DNA of 64,000 nucleotides from Perkinsus olseni (Eukaryota): NCBI GenBank assembly GCA_013115125.1, contig JABANN010000044.1, positions 1 to 64,000 of the forward strand, read 5' to 3'. Shown piece by piece: positions 25,801 to 35,780 of this stretch (position 1 is its first letter; each line of letters starts with the position of its first letter). The notes under the pieces were generated by a model. It saw only the letters and a program-made list of their open reading frames with translations, ran no database searches and was not told where the DNA came from. The position numbers and the translations under genes were made by a program.

Positions 25801-27147
25801 GGGAGTGGATCTTCTGGACGGGCAGGTCGGTACTCGAGGTGTTCCTCTTCTTCGAGGCCGGTCCATCATCGGCGTCTTCGCCCTCCCCGCCAGCGCGAAT
25901 ACCGGTATCATCATCGTCATCGCCTACACGGATGTTATATGATGCTGATGCCGTGGATCGAACCCGAGGCCTATCTTATACGAGCCCATCACCCTAACTA
26001 CTACCCCGCTTTCTCCTTCTTCCCCCCGTTTCCATCCTGTCATCAGCATCCGAGTCTTCCGAGTCACTGCTAGATTCATCAGACACTTCATCAGCGTAGA
26101 GCATATCATCATCACCCCCCATCTCTGATCGGAAGGACGTCACCCATCTCGCGCACACCTTCTCCAACTACCATCGTTCTCATCATCCTCATCGAAAGTC
26201 ACAGCCACACCGGCCGGATCGTCGGCTGCAGCACCGGCCAGGAGGGCCGCATCTACCTCCTCACCGCCGCCGGCCTCCGCTCCACCAGCATCATCCTCAT
26301 CCACGGCAAAGTCGTGTATTTGCTGGGATAGTCTCAGGAGCTGGGTATAGAGCTCCGGGGTCAAGGATCGTGGCGGGAGAACCTAATCCACCAACACTCG
26401 CCGTTGCAGTGATCAATGATCGCCACAGCGGTACTACCTCCTCCACATTCTTCTGCTTTGACGAGTCCTTCTGATCAGACTTGAGGGCCATGAGGATCTC
26501 ATGTGCTGCCTCTCTCAATACTGTACTCGTCTCCCCAACCAACACGGTAGACAACACAGACAGCATCTCATCGTAAGGTCTCTCCGATGCTCGAGACTTG
26601 GGCCTACCGAAGACCAACCATCATCCAACCCCAACCTCCGTCCATCCTTACCTATATATATTCTCCCCAGCCTCGTCCACTGTGAGGACCGTCTCTCCCT
26701 TAGTAATATCTATACCTTTCCTACGTTTGTGGAGGCCCTTGTCCCCTCCAGCTTCGGTAACGGCTTTCCTGCATCGAAGACCATCATTCACGGGGCGGGC
26801 TCAGGCGTGGCTGGTCCTTACACATGTCGCCGCTTGGCAGCGAGGGCGGCCTCTGGCTTTGGCTTGGTCTTCAGCACCTTATCGCCCATACTGTGCATCG
26901 TGTGGTACCGCAATGTCTCCGGCTCGCCTAAGCAACTCTCATAGTTCTCATACGCGCAGGCTACGATCTACTATGGTTGCATCTCAACCTTTTTTGTATC
27001 TTCACAGGTGAAGCTAAAGATCCTTCTTCCCTGTAGTACCAGTGGGCTCATTAGCCAGATGACTTCCTCCGCCCGGGTCCCTCTGCAGGACCAAGTTACT
27101 GTTCTCCTTATATTCGAATCGCTTGAAACGTTCGAACTCCTCAGCCA
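16893..27147 (-). CDS. BRR2: U5 snRNP 200 kDa helicase Brr2 (two helicase cassettes, two Sec63 domains), many short introns
   Basis: Start [86 protein letters not shown]; second cassette APANSGK/ADDLH; end [20 protein letters not shown]. Confidence 0.97.
19140..19165 (-). other. Intronic tRNA variable-loop + T-arm (B-box) fragment
   Basis: AGGCC-GTGGG-TTCGATC-CCAGC. Confidence 0.7.
19302..19325 (-). other. Intronic tRNA variable-loop + T-arm (B-box) fragment
   Basis: AGGTT-GTGGG-TTCGATT-CCGGG. Confidence 0.7.
21567..21614 (+). other. tRNA 3'-half-like sequence filling a BRR2 intron (antisense to the gene)
   Basis: TGGGCATTAACAACCCG-A-AGATC-CCGGG-TTCGAGT-CCCAG-AGTCTGCA inside intron 21561-21624; no 5' half present. 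Confidence 0.7.
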
Positions 27148-27500
27148 TTAGAACAAGGAGAAGGAAATGACAGAGTTGAACGGGGGACAAAGAAAGAAAG
27201 AAATGAGTATCACCACTCTAACAGATCGGTCAACAGTAGCAACAGGCGCACGCAATCCACGATTCTGCCAATTTCCAACTTGCCGAAAGAATAGCGCCCG
27301 CCACAACGATCGACGCGACTTCGGAATGGGTCGACGGGGACGCCAAACGGCCATCAAAGTGAACGGGTCGGGTGCATCGACTGTGACGCTCCCACGGATT
27401 CGAACCTTAGCTCGCCGCCGGCTCGACACAGAGTGTAGGCTCCTGGGTCATCAGCAATTTTCCTTGTTTTCTAACGACGCTCGAGGCTTCGTCGTTCTGA

Positions 27501-28961
27501 ATGCAAAGCCTCGGTGTAGGAGTCCCTGGGCCGACACCTGAGAACTTCTTCGAGGCACCCACTGCCCAGGTAGGGACAGCAGCAAGCCAATCGTAGTCTA
27601 TCCGTGCTGACCTCAGGGCTCAGCTTTGGTGCACTTCCTTCCACCACCCGGCATCACCGACCCCTGGCTACTTCTCATGCTCTTGACTGCAGGTTGGTGT
27701 GTAAGTCTTCATATCTTCCAACTCTGCTCGCTCCTAGCTTCAACCTTAGATCCTCTATTCTCTCCTAGTGTGCGCCATCGGGTGCCTTAACTCTGGCGTT
27801 CGGGCCACTAATTCCACCACCACCAGCAACCGCGTTGACCTCACTCCCTTAACGCCCTTCTTGGCGAACAACCTTACCAGCTTCGCTAACACTTTGCTCA
27901 GGTTAGTTCTCCGCTACGACCATCAGTCGTACTCGTTCTTTCAGTATTACTGCAGTCTCGGTCTTCGCTGTGCAGTTGAAGGCTGATGGCGTTGGCCTCG
28001 CCTCCCCGCGGCTCGTAGCGGGCCCTCTTATCGAGTAAGGTCATCATCACTGTCTCCTTGTCAGAAGCTGCTCTCTGCAGGAACACTTCTATCTTCTACA
28101 TCGCCTTTGCGGCCTACTGCGTTTACGACATGCTCTGGGTGGTCTTCCTCCAGCCCAGCATCGATAAGGTAGGTTCGACTCACCGCGAGGATGATCGAAG
28201 CCAACATCAGGTTATGGTCGGCCACCACATTCTCTTCTTTGCCGTTGTATGGCTTCTTTACTCGGAGGGTGTCTTCCCCTTACTAGCGGCCACCCTCCTC
28301 CTCCAGGCAAGTCTGCCCACCCTCGTCGCCCTCCCCACCTTCGTCTTCCTCAGGAAGCCTCGGGTCCCTTCGTTTGCATGCTACATACCCTAAGAGAATT
28401 GGGTATTACTAAAGGGAAGCTCTACACGGCCAACGGTGTCATCATGACCGTAACCTTTGGCGTCTTCCGAGGTGAATCGCCAAACGGCTGAATGCTTTCA
28501 GTAAGCCTCTTTCAGTCCTCCTCCCCCTGCTGGCCATTATACATGTTTTCGTCCATTGGAACAGCTCGGCCATCAACGCTCGCATGAACTGGCGAATCAT
28601 CCTTTGCATAACGCTCATTAACGGTGGTTACTCTCTGCAGCTCTACTGGTTCGGGAAAATCGTAAGCCTGCTGCGGTTGTCCTGTGTCCTCGATATGGTA
28701 TCCGAGTCCTGTTAGATTCGTGGTCTGATGAAACATGTGATTGACTCCAGAGACACAGACGATGGGCCCGATCTGGAAGACTCTCAGCCCTTCATAAATG
28801 GAAAGGTAGAATATAGTCACGGCTGAAGGGAGGCAGTCATCAGCGTCGTGTCACCACAGGGAGGATCGTCAAGCATGGACAGACGGCGAAGTTCGGAGTC
28901 ATCCCGAGATCCGATGCTCAGCGTCAGGTCCTCGGGAGATTCCGCGGCCGGTGCTGGTTGA
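27501..28961 (+). CDS. TLC (TRAM/LAG1/CLN8) domain membrane protein, multi-exon, one GC-AG intron (28307-28353)
   Basis: AYCVYDML, VMVGHHILF, LLQ|EASGPF, TFGVFR and QLYWFGKIIRG are typical TLC motifs. Confidence 0.85.
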
Positions 28962-30474
28962 TGGCCCGGCGGCGGCACTCATGCTCACGAGTTGTATTTA
29001 TAACGTGTTATTGAACTTTCTGTTGAGTTTCGTTGCTGAGTGGCATGCAGATGACCTGCATGCAGCGGCGGCCGTCGATCGTGTGAGAGGCGTACGCCAC
29101 GGGAACTAGGGATGTATCAAAGCGGCGTGTGCACCCGAGTAGAGAGATGAGTTCAACGTTGAAAAGCCTCCGATCATTCCGTTGACCATCACGCGAACTT
29201 TCAACAGCCGTATGGGCAAGTTACGGTAAAGCATGGTGTCCCGCAATGTTACAGCGGTCTACGCATCTGAGTGTGGAGATCCAAAGCATGCATCTTGCTG
29301 GTTGATGCTAGTCTGAGTTGTAAGCTCGAGGCTGATGCATGGCCCAGTGGCTTTGGCGTCAGTGCTAGTGTGAGAGGCGCTAGCGAACCTGCTGCACACG
29401 AGAGGCAAGTATTTCTGCGGATCTCATGCCATACTGTGGGTTAGCTGATTCCGAGAAACGGGAAAAACGTGCTACGGATTAGTTCGCGAGTGGAGCACAG
29501 CGTGAGACTGATAGAGAAGATCTGCGAGCATACCATGGCACGCGTCAGTAGAGCAGCACTTGCGAGTAGCGTCGGCATGGCAGTAGTCAAGCGGTGCTTC
29601 TCTGCAGATGGTGACTTCGAGGCACCTTCTTATTACAAGACACTGGCTTGTAATAACCCTATGCTATTGCTCGGATCCCAGAGTACCCAATGCTGTTATT
29701 TCCTGAGAGTTGAATGCTGAGAGCTTGGTGAGCGGGGCGCGTCCCAGGTTAACCAACAGATGTTGGCAACATCCTTGACGATCTTCCATTGGATAGTTGG
29801 TGCCTCGAGAGGAACATTAGGTGAAGTCGAACTCAATGCCATTGAGAATTCCAAATTGAGTCAATGACGTTAAGGATGGCAGAGACTGAAGAAGCTGACT
29901 GGCCAAGGGAGCTAGAGGGAAGCGGGTTTGATCGCTCGCAAAAAGTGTCACAAACTGAGCTTGTCAAGCTCTTGACCAAATACATGAGAGCAGCCCATGA
30001 TGAACTGTCGCCCGCAGCCGACCCGCGAGGCGGTGGTCGCTGTGGACAGAACCACAGTCAGAGACTCACCAAACTCGAACTACCAGACATCCATTAGGAC
30101 TGATGGCGTCTATTGACGATCATAGACCAACTCCTGCGGACTTATTTCGAAGCATCGTTGAAGACAAACTCTAGTCTGACCTCCACGTCAAGGGATTGAG
30201 TGGTGGAGCGCGGTGATTCGGCAAGTTCTACCGAACACCGAATAACAGGCCTTGATCACTAGTATCGCTTGAATATCTACACTAGCTGCATTTGCGCGGA
30301 GTATGCTCCAATGCCTAAACATCATCACTACGTAACATAGCATATCACTGCGCTGAGCCGAGCTGGCTCGATCAGCCGCGTTCGGCCACTGTGAGGGGAC
30401 TGGTTGCAGCCGGGTTATCTGTTACGAGCTACTTTCGGACGCTGACGGACTCAACGGTTCAACCACTACGTCTA

Positions 30475-30537
30475 GGTCGTAGAGAAGGGCAATGTTACAC
30501 ATGTGGTCGTAGAGAAGGGCAAGGTTACACAAGGTTA
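30475..30537. repeat. 30-bp direct tandem duplication, followed by GGTTAT repeats
   Basis: GGTCGTAGAGAAGGGCAA(T/G)GTTACACA twice. Confidence 0.85.
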
Positions 30538-30782
30538 TGGTTATGGCAAGGTTATGTGGTTTGCAAAGCCGGCAGAGTGAGTCTGAGAAGTTCATTCCAA
30601 TGCATCAGATGAAGGAAATGAAGTTCATCTCCGTGAAGCTGTTCGACTGTGAGAACACAAACCATACTCCGCACTAGGGAAACCGGCGAGCCTTGGCGTC
30701 GGCGTGCAACAATTCCACGACTCAAAAATTGGCTAGAAGCCTCGTAGCTTTCCAGAGGAAGGGGCGCTCGTTGGGGCAGCCC

Positions 30783-32270
30783 TCAATAAGAGGGTGCCAA
30801 TGCATCTTGGGGCGAAACCTTCTCAGAGAAAGAAGCATCCGTCCCACCAACTCTAGATCGGAATCTCCCGAGGAAATAAGCCTTGGACTCCCGGAACGTC
30901 AATCTAGCAATAAGGATACAAGAGAGCCCAAGGGCAATGGGCAACAATATGAAGACCCCATCCCAACTGTAGGTAGCTATCCATGATACTAGGCCTTGCT
31001 GTATGGCAGCGCCGCATGCACCAACACCATCAATGATGCCTGCAACCTGACCGACTGCCTCTCTATTTCCTCTGAGGGCATCTTGTCGACCTAAGTCCGT
31101 ACAAACCGCTGAAGAAACGACGTTGGCAGCACCGCCGATGAAGAAGCCTGCTAGCGAAAGCATGACGTATAAGTAGGCAACCGTTGGGTCGTCGATATGC
31201 AACAGAGACACCGGGATGAGGGCCAGGAGCTGGAAAAGGAAGAGGGAGGGAGCTCTTCCCGAGCCTGGGACAACTGCCATTATATCAGACAACCAACCAC
31301 AGGCAAGACTTCCAACCACAACACCAATGTTGTAAATGGTATCGAAGAAGTTAGCTTGCTCCGGTGTGAGGTGAGCATGCTCATTCAAGTAGAGTGGGAG
31401 CCAGAAAAACATGGCGTAGTTGACACCCTTCACACATGCATAGGTCAGAGCGTATATCAATACGCCCGGGATGAGCCATGCCCGCCAGAACTTGATGGGT
31501 TGTCTGTTCGCTTGCTCTCCTGCCACTGGTGGCTGTACCTCGTCAGAGCAACCACACTCAAGCTTGGCATCTCCCGATGGTGGTTCGCTATTGCGCGCCC
31601 GATCTGTGACCCTACAGAGGGCATCATCGAGACTTTTCGGGAGGGTCAATACAGTAAGCAAGCCCACGATGACCAGTATCACTGCCGGAGTGATGAAGGT
31701 AGCGGCAATGACAGTTCTTCCGGTTTCCCCAGACAGAACTATCATGAAAGAGGCAAGATTCGCTCCTACTATGTTACCGACCGCAGCGTTTGTTGCCCAA
31801 ACACCGAAGATTAAACCTGAATGCATGTCCCCGAAATAGTTGCCCATGATTCTAACGAGGACAGGCCAGACCGCTGACTGAAAAACACCGTTGAAGACGT
31901 TCAAGACATAGTATAGGTAATACACCCCAGGTGCCGTGAAGAAGACCACAAGTAGACCAAATATGCATTGGTCAATGGCAGCGAGAGATACAGCGGCTAA
32001 CATGACAAGGACAGGGTTATAAATATCCCCGAGTACACCAGTGACGAGCATTCCTATAGCATATGATAACATAAAGACAACATCCATCACTCCGAAGAAG
32101 ACTGTAGGATAATCGAACGCGGGGTCCTTCAGAAGGGGGGCCGCACTCGATATCGACTTTCGGGTTGCATGGACCATCACATACACCAGGAAGGTCCAGA
32201 CAAAGGCCAAGACTTGATAAAATAGACGAGGGTTCGGAATAATGTGGGCAATGGTGACCGGGATGATCAT
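30783..32270 (-). CDS. MFS sugar-phosphate/glycerol-3-phosphate exchanger (SLC37/GlpT family), copy 1, intronless
   Basis: HATRKS, YAIGM..GVLGD, QSAVWP..MGNYFG, GVWATNAAVGNIVG, VNYAMFFWLPLYL, DLG..V.GIIDGVG; about 12 TM segments. Confidence 0.92.
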   Translation of the reverse strand: MIIPVTIAHIIPNPRLFYQVLAFVWTFLVYVMVHATRKSISSAAPLLKDPAFDYPTVFFGVMDVVFMLSYAIGMLVTGVLGDIYNPVLVMLAAVSLAAIDQCIFGLLVVFFTAPGVYYLYYVLNVFNGVFQSAVWPVLVRIMGNYFGDMHSGLIFGVWATNAAVGNIVGANLASFMIVLSGETGRTVIAATFITPAVILVIVGLLTVLTLPKSLDDALCRVTDRARNSEPPSGDAKLECGCSDEVQPPVAGEQANRQPIKFWRAWLIPGVLIYALTYACVKGVNYAMFFWLPLYLNEHAHLTPEQANFFDTIYNIGVVVGSLACGWLSDIMAVVPGSGRAPSLFLFQLLALIPVSLLHIDDPTVAYLYVMLSLAGFFIGGAANVVSSAVCTDLGRQDALRGNREAVGQVAGIIDGVGACGAAIQQGLVSWIATYSWDGVFILLPIALGLSCILIARLTFRESKAYFLGRFRSRVGGTDASFSEKVSPQDALAPSY

Positions 32271-33028
32271 GGTGTATCTTCAGTGTCGCGATCAACTTGA
32301 AAACGAGACGACCCTGACGCTGCGGTCTTGCGCATGCGTGCTCGCCGCCCAGAAGTTGCCAGGCAAACTGCGTACCGCAATCCTCAGAGTGCTTGCTTGG
32401 GAAGCCTCTGCCCCTTTCAGAAGGGCTTCTGGAAGCTCGTGAGAGTGCTCAGGAGGGGACCAGCAGCTCTCTACTCGGGCTGGAGCTGCTATTTGGTGGT
32501 GCCTTGCGTGCAACGCTCGCGTGCATCGATGTGTGCTCGCTGATCCCCAACATATACTATGGTGAAATACTGATCATGACGAGAGCAACTCATTGGCTAC
32601 ATGCCACCGATTTGGTCTACAATGTTACCATGCATACCACCAATAGGATCGATCCAACCAGGAGAGACACATTCCTGTGAGAATTCTTGCTAGCGTTCTG
32701 GAAGAGGTACGACTGAGCGCCCCGAGTCAAGTGTGGGGGCGACGGCCGGACGACGCATTAGCTCATTGCATGTCAGCATTCCGCTGTCGAAGGACGTCGT
32801 TGAGTACGTCGCGTTGTCGGGGGCCCCATTGAGAGGATTTGGGCTGGGCATGCTCATACTCGGTCAGCTTTTCTTTTCGCTTAACCTATTCCGTCGCCCA
32901 TGCTGTGGGACTAGACAGACTCAAATCGTTAACTGGTGAAACAAAGTTCTGTGAAGATCGACGTGGGCGTATAAGAATTCCACAACTGCTGTGATAATAA
33001 GTGGTCAAGTACTGCGTTGATGCGCCCT

Positions 33029-34522
33029 TCACGGCGCTGCCGAGCCATCCTCCGTGTAGACTTTCTCAGAGGAAGCGGCGGCGTCCGTACTATCTACTCT
33101 AGTTCGACACCTTCCGAGGAAATAAGCCTTGGACTCCCGGAACGCTAATCTGGCAATAAGAATACAAGAGAGCCCAAGAGCGACAGACAGCAATATAAAG
33201 ACTCCATTCCAACTGTAGGTAGCTATCCATGATACTAGGCCTTGCTGTATGGCAGCGCCGCATGCACCAACACCATCAATGATGCCTGCGACCTGGCTCA
33301 TTGCTTCCCTATTCCCCTTGAGGGCATCTTGTCGGCCCAAGTCAGCACAGACGGCTGCAACTAAGACAATGGCAGCGCCGCCGATGAAGCAGCCGGCTAG
33401 GAAAAGCATGCCGTATAGATAGGCAACGGTTGGGTCGTCGATATGCAACAGAGACACCGGGATGAGGGCTAGGAGCTGGAAGAGGAAGAGAGAGGGGGCC
33501 CTTCCTGAGCCTGGGACAACTGCCATCATATCCGACAACCAACCACAGGCGAGACTTCCAACCACAACACCGAGACTGTAAATGGTGTCACAGAAGTCAG
33601 CATGCTTCGGTGTAAGGTGAGCATGCTCATTCAAGTACAGCGGTGTCCAGAAGAACATGGCGTCATTAACACCCTTCACACAAGCGTAGGTCAAGGCGGA
33701 TAACAATACGCCCGGGATGAGCCATGCCCGCCAGAACTCGATGGGCTGTCTGTTCGTTTGCTCTCCTGCCACTGGTGGCTGTACCTCATCAGAGCAACCA
33801 CACTCAAGCTTGGCATCTCCCGATGGTGGTTCGCTATTGCGCGCCCGATCTGTGACCCTACAGAGGGCCTCATTGAGACTTTTCGGGAGGGTCAATACAG
33901 TGAGCAAGCCCACGATGACCAGTATCACTGCCGGTACCATTAGTGTTGCGGAAATGACCGTTCTTCCGGTTTGGCCGAATATGACTATCATAAGGGAGGC
34001 GAGGTTGCCTCCTACTATGTTACCGACCGCGATGTTCGTGGCCCATACACCGAAGATCACACCCGAGTGAATATCGCCGAAATAGTTTGACATGATCTTG
34101 ATGAGAACCGGCCAAATAGCAGATTGGAATACACCATTACAAGCGTATAAGACGTAGTATAGGTAATACACCCCAGGTGCCGTGAAGAAGACCACAAGTA
34201 AAGCAAATATGCATTGGTCAAGAGCAGCGAGAGATACAGCGGCTAGCATGACAAGGACAGGGTTATAAATATCCCCGAGTACACCAGTGACGAGCATTCC
34301 TATAGCATATGATAACATAAAGACAACATCCATCACCCCGAAGAAGACTGTAGGATAGTCGAACGCGGGGTCCTTCAGAAGGGGGGCTGCACTCGATATC
34401 GACTTTCGGGTTGCCTCAACCATCACATACACCAGGAAGGTCCACAAGAAGGCCAGGACTTGATAAAATAGACGAGGGTTCGAGATAGAGCGAGCAATTG
34501 TGGAAATCATGGTATCATCCAA
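33029..34522 (-). CDS. SLC37/GlpT-family MFS transporter, copy 2 (divergent pore residues)
   Basis: High similarity to copy 1; intact ORF. Confidence 0.92.
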   Translation of the reverse strand: MDDTMISTIARSISNPRLFYQVLAFLWTFLVYVMVEATRKSISSAAPLLKDPAFDYPTVFFGVMDVVFMLSYAIGMLVTGVLGDIYNPVLVMLAAVSLAALDQCIFALLVVFFTAPGVYYLYYVLYACNGVFQSAIWPVLIKIMSNYFGDIHSGVIFGVWATNIAVGNIVGGNLASLMIVIFGQTGRTVISATLMVPAVILVIVGLLTVLTLPKSLNEALCRVTDRARNSEPPSGDAKLECGCSDEVQPPVAGEQTNRQPIEFWRAWLIPGVLLSALTYACVKGVNDAMFFWTPLYLNEHAHLTPKHADFCDTIYSLGVVVGSLACGWLSDMMAVVPGSGRAPSLFLFQLLALIPVSLLHIDDPTVAYLYGMLFLAGCFIGGAAIVLVAAVCADLGRQDALKGNREAMSQVAGIIDGVGACGAAIQQGLVSWIATYSWNGVFILLSVALGLSCILIARLAFRESKAYFLGRCRTRVDSTDAAASSEKVYTEDGSAAP

Positions 34523-35780
34523 ATCCGATAATGAATTGAGAGTTCAGCTACTTGGAGACAAAGCCATCACGGCATGGTCTTGCGCGTACGTTCTGTATCT
34601 TGGATGTCGCGATACGCCATTTGCATAGCCGTCAGTGGGATCCGTGCATAAGTGGCATCTGCCTTTCTGAGGACGGCTCTTACGAGCTCGGAAGGTGCCC
34701 GGCACGAGCTTAGAGAAAATCTTTCCGAGTTGGAATTGGACCTTGAGTGAAACCTCGCGTGCAACGCTAGCGGAGTCGGAGCGCTGCGACACCGATACCG
34801 TCGCTAGTACGCTCCAACTGGAGGCCATCTCGCGGATGCTCCTCATTAGCGCGGCAAAAATATAGAAGACGAAAGTCTCGTCCCGAAAGGAGGATTGTGA
34901 GAAGCCGTGCCAGGGAAACCCGCTAGGCGCTTTAGGGCTGTCCCGGTACACTCAACTGTACGCGGGCCCAGAAAGAAAAGTATGTTACGCTCCGTCTATG
35001 TTTATGCGTGCAGAGTAGTCTGGGCAATAGCTCTTTCATAAGATCCATCTCACAAGCTCCCTTTGGCCTTGTGCTCCACGTATGAGATAGAAGACTACAA
35101 CAACGTACTCGGAACAACTAGCTCTCAGCGATACAGCCAGCGACGCTCACATTTCTTCCTTCGCTCTCATCCACACTCAATACGCGGCAGAAGGAACCGG
35201 GTTTTGTCTACGACATCGTTTGAGCTAGAGCCCAATGGAGTCCAACTCAGCTCGTGCAACGACTCCCAGACAAAACCCCGTTGCCTCTACATGAACATTT
35301 TACTCTCATGTTGCATATCGGGACCCAAACGTCGCGAGGGGTTTACCTTGTTAAGGGTCACAGTGCGAATGACAGTGACTCGTTGATTCTGAAAATCTTG
35401 AAAACCCCGGCTCACCCCTCGAACCAGCACGCGCAATGCGGATTCCAAAAACCGCCCCACAATATTGTAACATACCAGACTACGGCCTCTCTAGCTCAGG
35501 ATTCCCTAGGAGGCAGTCACTCAACCTACTTGCTTCCCATCGCCTATCAGGTGGAGCGTCTATCAATGAAGATACGCTCATGTTCCAGGTTACACCGCAC
35601 CAACTACAACCGGATTCATCTACTTCACTAGGGACTCAAGGCACTGAAGTGACTAAGAGAAATGACATCAGCTCCTCTACAGCAGCGGTAGAATTAAATA
35701 CGCGGAGATTATAGTACGAGTGAATTCTAATGGAAGGCGTTGCCGGGTAAGGTAAACACGGAGAAAATATTCACAAATAT

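Noticed and set aside
29469-30300. Short ORFs possibly from a decayed gene or element (also ~35060-35700)
   Set aside because: No recognisable motif or consistent frame.
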